Of a stretch of DNA of 64,000 nt, positions 51,801 to 60,277 are shown piece after piece. Numbering within the stretch: position 1 is the stretch's first letter; the number at the start of each line of letters is the position of its first letter. A model generated the notes under the pieces. It made no database searches. It was not told the DNA's origin and saw only the letters and a program-made list of their open reading frames with translations. The position numbers and the translations under genes were made by a program. Source of the DNA: a bacterium (lineage in GTDB: Bacteria; Patescibacteriota; Minisyncoccia; Phycocordibacterales; UBA918); the NCBI GenBank assembly GCA_043719295.1, contig JAYSUD010000001.1:28943-92942 (forward strand), in the 5' to 3' direction.

Positions 51801-54800
51801 TCCGTATGGAAGTATCAAATGAAGGTACGATTACTTCACCGAATACAGCGCTCCGTCTGGAGTTTGGTACAAAAATTAGTACCTGTTCAGCTGTAGCTTC
51901 GTGGACAGACGTTGGTGCGACGTTAGGTGCCTTTGATATGTTTGCTTCAGCAAACCTAACAGAAGGAGGTAACACAACAAATATTGCTACAGGTATCGGT
52001 GGAGTTACAGACGATAATACTACGTTTAAAACTCCAAACGCCTCAGTTAAAGACACAAGTTCGCAAATAGCAACAACTACTTTTTTATCGACGAACTTTA
52101 TTGAAACGGAGTTTTCAGTTAAGCAAACAGCAAATGCTGCGTACGATACAACGTACTGTTTTAGACTTTCAAACGCGGGGACAGCATTGCAGGCCTACAC
52201 AGCCTATCCGGAGCTTACAACCTCTCCAGAACGTGATTTTGAAATACAGCGAGGTGTCGCTAACTTTAGTGCAACGTCAGTTACCTTAACTGCAGGAGTT
52301 GACTATATCGCGCCAAGTGCTTCAACTAGTGCGTTTGTTCGTATTACAAACTCACATTATACAGGCGCAGGTGATAGTTCAGCAGGTGGAAACTCTAATG
52401 CTGATGACGTAACTGCCTACATTTCAAACCCTTCTAACCTTGTTACTTCGTTTACCATAACAAGACCCGCAACAGCCATAGCTACTACTACACGTGTTGC
52501 CTGGGAAATTGTTGAATTTATTGGAACACCAGGCTCTGATAATGAAATGAAGGTACGTGGCAATGGAACAGTGACCTATACCACTACATCAATTACCGCA
52601 ACAGGAACTGCAGTAACGGGTATTGTTAATGATGCAGACGTCGTTGTGTTTATAACTGGACAAGATAATCCCGATATACTTACTACAGACTACAACACCG
52701 GACAGTCAGTATCACAGTGGCTTTCGGCTTCTGACCAGCCGTCATTTAGACGTGGAGAGGCTTCGGGGGATGCAAGTCGCATTAGTTATGCAGTTGTAGA
52801 ATTTACCGGAGTAAATTGGAAAGTACAACGAGCTTCACACACGTATACAGCAGCAGGTACAACGGAAACAGAGTCTATTACTGCAGTAAATAGTTTATCA
52901 AGAACTTTTATTCATTCTCAGAAACGCATGGGTACGGCGCTTCAAGGTGAAGATGAGTTTGGGCATGAGGTATGGCTTTCAAGTATTGGTGCTGTTTCTT
53001 TTTTCTTACAAGGGGGAGCAACATCACCAGCACTTCAAACTTCAGTTGCGTGGATTATTGAAAATACACAAACAAGCAATGGCGCAATGGTGGTGACACA
53101 AAAAAATAACTTTACAAACGGTGGAGCGGAGCCGCTGACGTTAAGTATGCCAATAGATATTACGCTTGACGATCTCACCAATACATCAATATTTGCAACA
53201 AACCGCGCTGTAGGTACAGGAACGTTGTTCCCTCGCCCAATTGCTGGATTTAGAATTGCATCAACAACACATTTTGAAATTTGGAGAAGTGATACGGGAA
53301 CTCAGATTGATTATCGTGTAGAGATTGTACAGTGGCCAACAGCTGGTTTGGCACTTCATCAAAACGACTACCGTTTTTATGTTGATAATAATGCACTTGA
53401 CCCAACTGACCCGTGGCCTTTAGGTGTTATTGATCTTGGTGAAAACACGGTATTAACAGGAAGTGACGAACCGCTAGGTGATGCAGAGCATATTCGTATT
53501 CGTATGTCGGCTACGGTCTTTAATGCAACATTGCCTGAAGATACTGTAAGTAACAAGTTACAATTTGGGGAGCGTATAACAACCTGTACTGCAATAGGTG
53601 AAATTAATTGGATTGATATTGGCAATGCTACATCAAGTGCAATTTGGCGAGGGTACAATGCTTCTGGTGTTGTAGATGGTACAACATTGTCAACAGATCC
53701 TCCTACAGGAGGTGAACTCAATATTACTGCGTCCGATATTGGGGGAACGTATGAGGAAACAAACAACTCTGCTGTAAACCCGTATACAGTAGAAGAAGGT
53801 GAAGACATTGAGTATGACTGGCACATTCAGCAAAATGGTGCAGATGCTGAAACTTTCTATTGTTTTAGAATGGTTGATAGTAGTGGTTCAGTATTTGGTG
53901 CATATGATGACTATCCGCAGTTACGGACCTCTTCATTTACCGCAAAAACACAAAACTGGCGTTGGTATAGTGATGCAAATAACGAAACCCCAACCCAAGC
54001 ATTAGCGATTGAAAATTCGGCACCTATTGATATTGGTAATGGAAGTACGACAAAATTGCGAGTAACGGTTAAAGAAACTGAAAACATCGCACGTGATGAT
54101 GTTCGTTTTAAATTGCAGTATTCAGAGTATGCCGATTTTTCAAACAATGTGTACGACGTTCTTGCAACAAGTACGTGTATTGCTTCGTCAACATGGTGTT
54201 ACTTTAATGGAGGAGGAAGTGATAATGCGGTTATAAGTACAAAGGTACTTTCTGATGCAGACGCGTGTGTTGCGGGAGTTGGTGATGGTTGTGGTACACA
54301 CAATGAAAGTTCACAGTTACTAACGGGATTTAGACACGAAAATAGCGCTGCTACTGAATACGAATTTACGCTTGAGGCAAAAGCTCTGCGAGCAAATGCG
54401 GTGTATTATTTTAGGTTGTATGACATAACCCAAGACATACCTGTTCTCATAAACACAGGTGAGTCGTATCCTTCACTTGTTGCTGTTGGTGCATCATTGG
54501 TTTTTGACGTTGCAGGGATTACTTCGGGAACCGTTATTGACTCATTTACCGTTGACGTAACTTCAACACCAACTGCGATTCCGTTTGGTACAGTTCCGTT
54601 TAATACTGATTTTGAGGCTGCATACAGACTTAATATAAACACAAATGCAACCCAAGGATATCAAGTGTTAATGTACGCTGATCAACAATTACTTAATTCA
54701 TATGGCACACAAATTCAACCAATAACTGCGACAAATGCAACTCCTGCGGGTTGGAATGATCTTACATTCGGTTGTTTACCCTCTTCTTTTGGTTGTTTTG

Positions 54801-55024
54801 GGTATCACGCAGAAGATGATTCATTAAGTGGAATAAATGGACCACGATTTGGAGCTGATGATACATTTGCACAACTTTCCACAACTACGCCACATGAAGT
54901 TATGTATAGCTCTATTCCTGTTAATGATACTCATGATATTCTATACAGATTAAAGGTGACCGAACAGCAGGCAGCGGGGGAGTATGAAACAACCATAACG
55001 TATATAGCTGTACCTGTGCATTAA
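48833..55024 (+). CDS. Giant (2063 aa) cell-surface protein with internal tandem duplications and WxL-like C-terminal domain
   Basis: N-terminal TM/signal; two ~250-aa tandem repeats (TTLPYNCASVSYGGGESQFG...YCMRLTN vs TTAPYDCASESYGGSEAQFG...YCFRLSN); further (Y/F)R(F/W)Y.D...YCFRMV modules shared with the 5576-aa giant; C-terminus ...AIPFGTV...NTNATQGYQV...GEYETTITYIAVPVH. Confidence 0.8.
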   Translation: MNRRLYNTGSFLVAYKFLSILLIVSFFFGNLGALFNFNTAEKAEAAQVTIDSAADVTGASHIHGASQSVFISDQVGYKFYRDAPGYCVYKKTSDGGSTWSSTTTVDAQIDCVGISVWYDRWTPGDTGTNIHIVTIDTGNDDPWYNRLDTNGDTRLLGSAPVSAILGPPAQGANTFTALSNYPAITKGTDGTVYIAVSDNVDSYIVECSITCQTAANWTETGPTGTLPATPDFNLLVPLASGNIMLINRLIASEDIRSKIWNNTAWSGTWTVIEGNGTDNTTYPVGMAATVSSTTPGNVYLAYVASNATLGTDDQVRTHRYTGGAWATTTSVLTGTTRGLTNVAIALDASNDDVYVAYTGRTTATASSTGNVYWKKSLDDMATWSVESPVINTTSNDMYGVDLNISSNERIQATWFDNARDDIYTDTIADVFSGIHATTTGSHTGSATASTSNFYVGGAFVLSQNYKTQDITDITITENGTIDGDANISNIKLFYEMDTTLPYNCASVSYGGGESQFGSTDTSGFSGPNGVSTFSGTTVSVGTTSTMCGYVVLDILNSTPNGSTIDLSINNPATDVTVTNGTAGPPTAQTMTGATTVTNDNLTQIRYHWRNDDNTEALATSKTGGTEGISFSGYQRTPVRLRMEVSNEGGASSLATQYRLEYSLATTSCNLATGWTDVGASNGDFDMSPSANLTDGNDTTNIAVAQGGVTNENTTFLTPNGGVKDTSSQTGNITLSTTQYVELEYSIIASTTAADGNTYCMRLTNAGTPLDTYSVYPQVTIQADVNLTTRLTQTANLNVPSTNQNVGGQFVLTDATGSHTITSIKLTENGTVNAQTGLDNIRLKYDFDTTAPYDCASESYGGSEAQFGATSTASFSGTNGTTTFSGSLGVTTTQTVCMYTVLDVTTSASNGQTVEVEISNATTDATLTSGSSAPSSARALPGTTTLVGAVLTQSRYHFRADNGTEAAATSLTGGNENTALTNVSQNTPVRIRMEVSNEGTITSPNTALRLEFGTKISTCSAVASWTDVGATLGAFDMFASANLTEGGNTTNIATGIGGVTDDNTTFKTPNASVKDTSSQIATTTFLSTNFIETEFSVKQTANAAYDTTYCFRLSNAGTALQAYTAYPELTTSPERDFEIQRGVANFSATSVTLTAGVDYIAPSASTSAFVRITNSHYTGAGDSSAGGNSNADDVTAYISNPSNLVTSFTITRPATAIATTTRVAWEIVEFIGTPGSDNEMKVRGNGTVTYTTTSITATGTAVTGIVNDADVVVFITGQDNPDILTTDYNTGQSVSQWLSASDQPSFRRGEASGDASRISYAVVEFTGVNWKVQRASHTYTAAGTTETESITAVNSLSRTFIHSQKRMGTALQGEDEFGHEVWLSSIGAVSFFLQGGATSPALQTSVAWIIENTQTSNGAMVVTQKNNFTNGGAEPLTLSMPIDITLDDLTNTSIFATNRAVGTGTLFPRPIAGFRIASTTHFEIWRSDTGTQIDYRVEIVQWPTAGLALHQNDYRFYVDNNALDPTDPWPLGVIDLGENTVLTGSDEPLGDAEHIRIRMSATVFNATLPEDTVSNKLQFGERITTCTAIGEINWIDIGNATSSAIWRGYNASGVVDGTTLSTDPPTGGELNITASDIGGTYEETNNSAVNPYTVEEGEDIEYDWHIQQNGADAETFYCFRMVDSSGSVFGAYDDYPQLRTSSFTAKTQNWRWYSDANNETPTQALAIENSAPIDIGNGSTTKLRVTVKETENIARDDVRFKLQYSEYADFSNNVYDVLATSTCIASSTWCYFNGGGSDNAVISTKVLSDADACVAGVGDGCGTHNESSQLLTGFRHENSAATEYEFTLEAKALRANAVYYFRLYDITQDIPVLINTGESYPSLVAVGASLVFDVAGITSGTVIDSFTVDVTSTPTAIPFGTVPFNTDFEAAYRLNINTNATQGYQVLMYADQQLLNSYGTQIQPITATNATPAGWNDLTFGCLPSSFGCFGYHAEDDSLSGINGPRFGADDTFAQLSTTTPHEVMYSSIPVNDTHDILYRLKVTEQQAAGEYETTITYIAVPVH

Positions 55025-55029
55025 ACTAT

Positions 55030-56049
55030 ATGAATAATTTTAAGTATTCTCTAAAAATCAAGATACAACTTTTTTTGTGTGTTGCATTTTTTCTTCCACA
55101 ACTTGCTTTTGCATCGGTGTACTCTGTTTCTCCGCTTGTTATTGATCATGAGCTAGAAAAACGAGACATTATCGAAGAAACTATAACCCTCACTAATAGA
55201 CAAGAAAGTGTTATCTCAATTTATCCTTCTGTAAATGAAGTGAATGTTAGTGATAAGGGAGCGATTGTAGGATTTGTTGAGCCGTCAATGGTCGAAAACA
55301 GAGGGACTGCCATTACTTCGTGGCTCGCCATCAGTCGTGCAAATATTGAACTACAACCTGGTGAAACAAAAGAAGTTACGTTAACCATTCGGGTGAATCC
55401 TGAAGTTGAACCAGGTGAGTATCATGCATTTATTGGGTTTGGAGAAGGTTCAAATCGCCCAGAAGCAGAAAAAAAGGTACAAGAAGGAACAGCCCCTGGT
55501 ACGGTTGTCCGCATTGGTGTAGATAAGGTTCAAAATGAATTTTTGCGTTTGGAAAAATTTTCAGTTGAACGGTTTATTAAAAATGAATCCGAAGGCGATA
55601 TTGTAATTAAGCTTGCTAACCCGGGAGAAAGTATGGTAATTCCAGGAGGTGAAGTTATTTTTTACGACACCAACGGTATTGAACTTGAATCAATACCACT
55701 TAACGAATCAAAAGTTTCGATTGAACCTGGAAAAAGTATTGAACTTACTCAAGAGGTGCCTGATGTGCTTCAAATGGGTAAGTATAAAGCTTTTTTATCG
55801 GTAGAATATGGAGAAACACAGAAAGCATCACTTAACGACACTGCTTTCTTTTACGTATTACCTTTTAAAAAATTGTTACTTATATTCGCAATTTTGCTTA
55901 TCTTTGCTATTGCGATAGCATTGTTTGTGCACAGAAGGTACGACAAAGAAGACGGACATGAAGATGGTGTAGCTGATGTTGCAATGTACGTCCGTTCAAG
56001 CCGTTCAGAAAGTAAGGATCATGATATCGATTTATCTAAGAATAAGTAA
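55030..56049 (+). CDS. CscA/DUF916-like cell-surface protein with C-terminal TM anchor
   Basis: Signal peptide; ...LQPGETKEVTLTIRVNPEVEPGEYHAFIGF...; second half ...IKNESEGDIVIKLANPGESMVIPGG...; C-terminal TM LLLIFAILLIFAIAIALFV + HRRYDKEDG. Confidence 0.5.
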   Translation: MNNFKYSLKIKIQLFLCVAFFLPQLAFASVYSVSPLVIDHELEKRDIIEETITLTNRQESVISIYPSVNEVNVSDKGAIVGFVEPSMVENRGTAITSWLAISRANIELQPGETKEVTLTIRVNPEVEPGEYHAFIGFGEGSNRPEAEKKVQEGTAPGTVVRIGVDKVQNEFLRLEKFSVERFIKNESEGDIVIKLANPGESMVIPGGEVIFYDTNGIELESIPLNESKVSIEPGKSIELTQEVPDVLQMGKYKAFLSVEYGETQKASLNDTAFFYVLPFKKLLLIFAILLIFAIAIALFVHRRYDKEDGHEDGVADVAMYVRSSRSESKDHDIDLSKNK

Positions 56050-57682
56050 CTCAATATTGTACGGAGTCTTAATTGGACTTGCGACTGCTATTTTTTTAGT
56101 ACCTTCTCAAACACAAGCCCAGACACTCGATGGTTTGTCATTGAGTGTCACCCCAACTCTGTTTGAGATGTCTGTTGTGCCAAGTCAGGTGTGGAACAGT
56201 AATGTAAAAGTAATCAATAACAATAAATATCCGATAACGGTATATGCACAAGTAGTCAATTTTGCACCCCAAGGGGAACAAGGTGAAGGTAAGTTTATCC
56301 CTGTCTTAACAGAGGTGACCGAAGGGTCAACACTTGCAGAATGGATTAAGCTTTCAAATGAACCGTTTGTGATTGAACCTGAGAAAAGTGCTGTCATTCC
56401 ATTTGTTGTTACAGTTCCAGAAGGAGCAAGTCCGGGTGGTCACTTCGCTGCTATCATGGTTGGTACAAAACCACCGAAACTTGATGGCACTATTAAAGTA
56501 GCTACATCGCAGATTGTCACGTCTCTATTTTTTGTTCGTGTTGCAGGTGACGTTATTGAAGACGGACAGGTGCGAGAATTTAGAGTTACAAAATCAATTG
56601 TCGATACGCCTCGCGCTCTTTTTGAAGTTCGGTTTGAAAATAAAGGTAATGTACACGTGCAACCACAAGGAGAGATTGTTATCACAAACATGTGGGGTAA
56701 AGAACGAGGTATTATTCCTATAAATCATCAAACCCATTTTGGTAATGTGCTCCCTAACAGTATTCGCAAGTTTGAATTTAGTTGGGAAGGTGAGTATTCC
56801 TTTTCAGATATTGGTCGATACAAAGCTGACCTTACGCTCAGTTACGGAGATGGTGAAAAAAAGTTTGCAACCAGTCGAGCCTATTTTTATATTATACCGT
56901 TTAAAGCTGGTTTAATACTTTTGTCCTCGCTAGTTTTATTGGTGCTCTTTGTACGGTTCGCTATAAAGTCATACATTCGAAGAATGTTACTACTTGCAGG
57001 AATTGAGCCAGAAGTATACAAACAAAGAAATACTAAAAGTTATCAAAAAGAAGGTGACGTTCGCATTGTAAAACATGCATCAGTACGTGCTCCTGTTTTA
57101 CTTGGTGTATCTGATTTGAAGGAACATTTTAAAGGGAGAGTACAGCTTATTGATAAAGCCAAAGGGTTGGTGCAATTTGTTGTTTTGTACAAGACTTTCT
57201 TCCTTCTTGCATGTCTTGGGATTATCTCAATTGTCGCAGTGACGTTGTTCTTCTTGTCAGTGACAAAAAGCCAACGTGATTATGAAATTATTATAGATAA
57301 TGCAGATACGGATGTTACGCTTTCATCAGAACAAATTTTGTATAATAAAGATAAAGCAATCGCTAAACCAGAATCTGTTTTTGAGGAATCGAATAAAAAA
57401 GATCAATCCTTTAAGCTCATTTTGGTTAACTCAAGTGACACACCTGGGGCCGCTGCAATACTGCAAAAGACATTAGAGAGTAAAGGATATGTCATAGAGG
57501 ATCTCCAATCTGATTTTGAAAAGTCTAAAGAAAAGTCAGTAGTGGTCTACAGTACAGAACTTCAAGAACAAGCACTTGATCTGAGTAAGTACATTGGTGG
57601 AGCCCTGTTGTCTGCACGACCTGAAGGTGATACCGAGGTTCCTACCATAACTTTGTTTATAGGGAATGATTATGTGCAATAA
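56021..57682 (+). CDS. CscA/DUF916-like ectodomain fused via TM segments to a C-terminal LytR_C-like domain
   Basis: Signal peptide MISIYLRISNSILYGVLIGLATAIFL; ectodomain ...EPEKSAVIPFVVTVPEGASPGGHFAAIMVG... and ...ENKGNVHVQPQGEIVITNMWGK... (compare 4288 protein ENKGSVLVRPFGPLEITNMFGK); TM; C-terminal LILVNSSDTPGAAAILQKTLESKGYVIEDLQ...SVVVYSTELQEQALDLSKYIGGALLSARPEGDTEVPTITLFIGNDY resembles LytR_C. Track ORF begins 55976 and overlaps the upstream gene; ATG 56021 used. Confidence 0.45.
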   Translation: MISIYLRISNSILYGVLIGLATAIFLVPSQTQAQTLDGLSLSVTPTLFEMSVVPSQVWNSNVKVINNNKYPITVYAQVVNFAPQGEQGEGKFIPVLTEVTEGSTLAEWIKLSNEPFVIEPEKSAVIPFVVTVPEGASPGGHFAAIMVGTKPPKLDGTIKVATSQIVTSLFFVRVAGDVIEDGQVREFRVTKSIVDTPRALFEVRFENKGNVHVQPQGEIVITNMWGKERGIIPINHQTHFGNVLPNSIRKFEFSWEGEYSFSDIGRYKADLTLSYGDGEKKFATSRAYFYIIPFKAGLILLSSLVLLVLFVRFAIKSYIRRMLLLAGIEPEVYKQRNTKSYQKEGDVRIVKHASVRAPVLLGVSDLKEHFKGRVQLIDKAKGLVQFVVLYKTFFLLACLGIISIVAVTLFFLSVTKSQRDYEIIIDNADTDVTLSSEQILYNKDKAIAKPESVFEESNKKDQSFKLILVNSSDTPGAAAILQKTLESKGYVIEDLQSDFEKSKEKSVVVYSTELQEQALDLSKYIGGALLSARPEGDTEVPTITLFIGNDYVQ

Positions 57683-57725
57683 AAAATGGTATACTAAGAA
57701 ATAATCGATTTAAGAAACTATATCT

Positions 57726-58202
57726 ATGAATCAAAAAGCTGTTGCCGTTGCTATCTCACTTTTTTTGCTCATTGTTGCGGGCATGTTCACCTTTGCCTAT
57801 GTCAAAAAGCAGGAATTAAAAAATCAAGAACCAGCTCCACAAACCCAAACAGGTGATGTTAAATTTGCATCCATAACGAGAATTGACGCAAAACACTATT
57901 ATATTGATGGAGTTCATACGTACGTCGGAGAGATTGCTCTTCCAACCCCTTGTGATTTGCTTGAAACAAGTATGCTTGTTGCCGAATCATATCCAGAACA
58001 AATGCGGATTGATTTTAATGTCATTAACACTGCAGAAGTGTGTGCTCAAGTAGTAACTAACCAACGATTTAAAGTAGATGCAACCGCAAGTAGAGAAGCA
58101 ACCGTGAGTGCACTTTTCATGGGTAGAAATGTTGAACTCAACATCATTGAAGCACTTCCTGGAGAAAAACCTGAAGATTTCGAACTATTTATTAAAGGGT
58201 AG
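57726..58202 (+). CDS. Small N-terminally anchored protein, unknown function
   Basis: N-terminal TM (VAVAISLFLLIVAGMFTFAYV); no recognised motif. Confidence 0.4.
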   Translation: MNQKAVAVAISLFLLIVAGMFTFAYVKKQELKNQEPAPQTQTGDVKFASITRIDAKHYYIDGVHTYVGEIALPTPCDLLETSMLVAESYPEQMRIDFNVINTAEVCAQVVTNQRFKVDATASREATVSALFMGRNVELNIIEALPGEKPEDFELFIKG

Positions 58203-58204
58203 GT

Positions 58205-58753
58205 ATGGCGAAAAATAATGTACTCACCATAGTAATACTTATTGTAATTCTTGCATCTGTAGGTCTGGTTACGTATTACTTTTTCACTGTTCCAAACGAC
58301 AAAGCAAATTCTGAAGCATCAAAAAACTTACAAAGCTCGGAAGATGCAGTGTATACGGATCTTGAAGGTATTCCTATTAGCTTTGAAGCATACGAAGGGA
58401 AGGTGCGCATTGTAAACTCATGGGCAAGTTGGACTCCATTTTCACAGGCCGAGTTACTTGATCTTGAATCACTTGCACAAGAGTATAAAGGTAAAGACAT
58501 TGCATTTTTAGCAATCAACCGTAAAGAACCAAAAGAACTTGCAAAACAGTATTTGAAAACAATCGGCGAGTTCAAAGAACTGACTTTTATTATCGACCTC
58601 ACTGACGCGTACTATCTCAAAACAGGAGGGTATGCGATGCCTGAGACACTTGTATATGACGCAAAAGGAGCAATTGTAATGCATAGACGCGGAGCAATGA
58701 CAAAAGATGAGATGCGACAGTATATTGAACAGGCAGTTGCACAATCGAGATAA
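58205..58753 (+). CDS. TlpA/ResA-like thioredoxin-fold protein lacking the CXXC active site
   Basis: N-terminal TM; ...YEGKVRIVNSWASWTPFS...DIAFLAINRKEPKELAKQYLK...ETLVYDAKGAIV... follows the TlpA-like pattern, but the canonical W-C-x-x-C is replaced by W-T-P-F-S. Confidence 0.5.
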   Translation: MAKNNVLTIVILIVILASVGLVTYYFFTVPNDKANSEASKNLQSSEDAVYTDLEGIPISFEAYEGKVRIVNSWASWTPFSQAELLDLESLAQEYKGKDIAFLAINRKEPKELAKQYLKTIGEFKELTFIIDLTDAYYLKTGGYAMPETLVYDAKGAIVMHRRGAMTKDEMRQYIEQAVAQSR

Positions 58754-58811
58754 GTATAAAATATGCACTCCTTCGCTATCAATATGGTATCTGGTCTGCT
58801 AGAATACAAAT

Positions 58812-59846
58812 ATGATTGTAAACAGAATCGTTGAATACGTTTTCTTCTTCGGCTTTATGGCTGTTGTTGGTTATTTGGTGTGGCAAATGCTCCAGCCGTT
58901 TGTTTCAGCGTTAGCACTTTCGGCTATTATCGTCACTATATGCTATCCAATGTATGAAAAAATACAAAAGAGAATGCCGCGAAAAAACCAAACGCTCGCA
59001 GCTTTTGTAACCACACTCATTGTATTGTTTATTGTTATTATCCCAATGTTTTTCATAACATCGGTATTGGTTAATGAAGCAGTATCTGTCTACAAAGTGG
59101 TAAATGTCGAACAAGTAGGATTCGAGAGCTCATTAAGTAAAGTTGAGTTAGAAATCCAACGTTTTGTTCCCGGCTTTGATCTCAATATAACTGAGTACTT
59201 AAAACAGTCTGCTTCATGGTTTGCGTCGCACCTTGGTGATATTTTCTCTGGTACCGCTTCTACACTCTTTCTTTTCTTTATAGCTATTTTTGGTTCTTTC
59301 TACTTGTTTAGAGATGGTAAATTATTTATTAAAAGTTTAGTAAAAATTAGCCCACTTCCTGATGCACAAGATGAGGTGATTATGGAACGTCTTGCGTTGG
59401 CTATCCGTTCTGTTGCAACAGGCACGGTACTTATTGCTCTCATTCAAGGAGTCCTTACCGCATTTGGCCTTTGGCTTTTTGGTTTTGAGCGGGCAATATT
59501 GTGGGGAGTAATCGCTGCGTTTGGTGCACTTATTCCGGGGATAGGAACACTCATTGTCTTTATACCTGCAATAGCGTATTTGGCATTTTTTGGCATGTAT
59601 ACACAGGCAGTACTTCTCTCGATATGGGGAATGGTTGCAGTAGGACTTATTGATAACTTCTTGGGCCCATATCTCATCAGTCGTGGAAGTAAACTTCACC
59701 CGTTTATGATTCTCTTGGCCGTTTTAGGGGGAGTTTCTGTGTTTGGTCCTATTGGATTTATTGTTGGCCCCGTTCTCGTTAGTTTGTTTATGGTACTTCT
59801 TGAACTCTACTCACTCCACATTTCAGATCACAAAAAAAATAAATAG
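58812..59846 (+). CDS. AI-2E family (PerM/YhhT, UPF0118) membrane transporter
   Basis: ~8 TM segments; conserved C-terminal region ...LIDNFLGPYLISRGSKLHPFMILLAVLGG...GPIGFIVGPVL typical of the family. Confidence 0.7.
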   Translation: MIVNRIVEYVFFFGFMAVVGYLVWQMLQPFVSALALSAIIVTICYPMYEKIQKRMPRKNQTLAAFVTTLIVLFIVIIPMFFITSVLVNEAVSVYKVVNVEQVGFESSLSKVELEIQRFVPGFDLNITEYLKQSASWFASHLGDIFSGTASTLFLFFIAIFGSFYLFRDGKLFIKSLVKISPLPDAQDEVIMERLALAIRSVATGTVLIALIQGVLTAFGLWLFGFERAILWGVIAAFGALIPGIGTLIVFIPAIAYLAFFGMYTQAVLLSIWGMVAVGLIDNFLGPYLISRGSKLHPFMILLAVLGGVSVFGPIGFIVGPVLVSLFMVLLELYSLHISDHKKNK

Positions 59847-59851
59847 TTTCT

Positions 59852-60268
59852 ATGATAGAACGAAGCCAAGTTGAACAATTTCTAAAGTTAAACGGGGTGC
59901 CTGTAACAGCACCTGACGAAGAAATAAAATCTGTACTATTGCGTGCACGATGGGGCGAGAAGGATGTTGAAACTGCACTTTTAATACTCCGGGAAAATAT
60001 TCATAGTCATGAAACTCATGTGGATTCATTGCGTAAAGTATTTCAAACTGACACTGCCTTAAAACCTGAAAACATAACTGCTCTACTTGGAATTGATGTA
60101 TTTGTATCAAAAGAGAGTATCGAAAAAAGAGGACAAAAAAGAAATCGATCAATGACTTTTTTCCAAGGGGTGCAGATGGTCTTTCTATCTTTAGTTCTAT
60201 CTGGGTTGTTTATATTTGGAGCAATGTGGTACATGCAAATTGGGCTGTTTCATATCACGATGCGCTAA
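59852..60268 (+). CDS. Small protein with C-terminal TM helix, unknown function
   Basis: ORF with soluble N-terminal part and a single C-terminal hydrophobic helix (VFLSLVLSGLFIFGAMWYM). Confidence 0.4.
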   Translation: MIERSQVEQFLKLNGVPVTAPDEEIKSVLLRARWGEKDVETALLILRENIHSHETHVDSLRKVFQTDTALKPENITALLGIDVFVSKESIEKRGQKRNRSMTFFQGVQMVFLSLVLSGLFIFGAMWYMQIGLFHITMR

Positions 60269-60277
60269 ATTTTTTAT

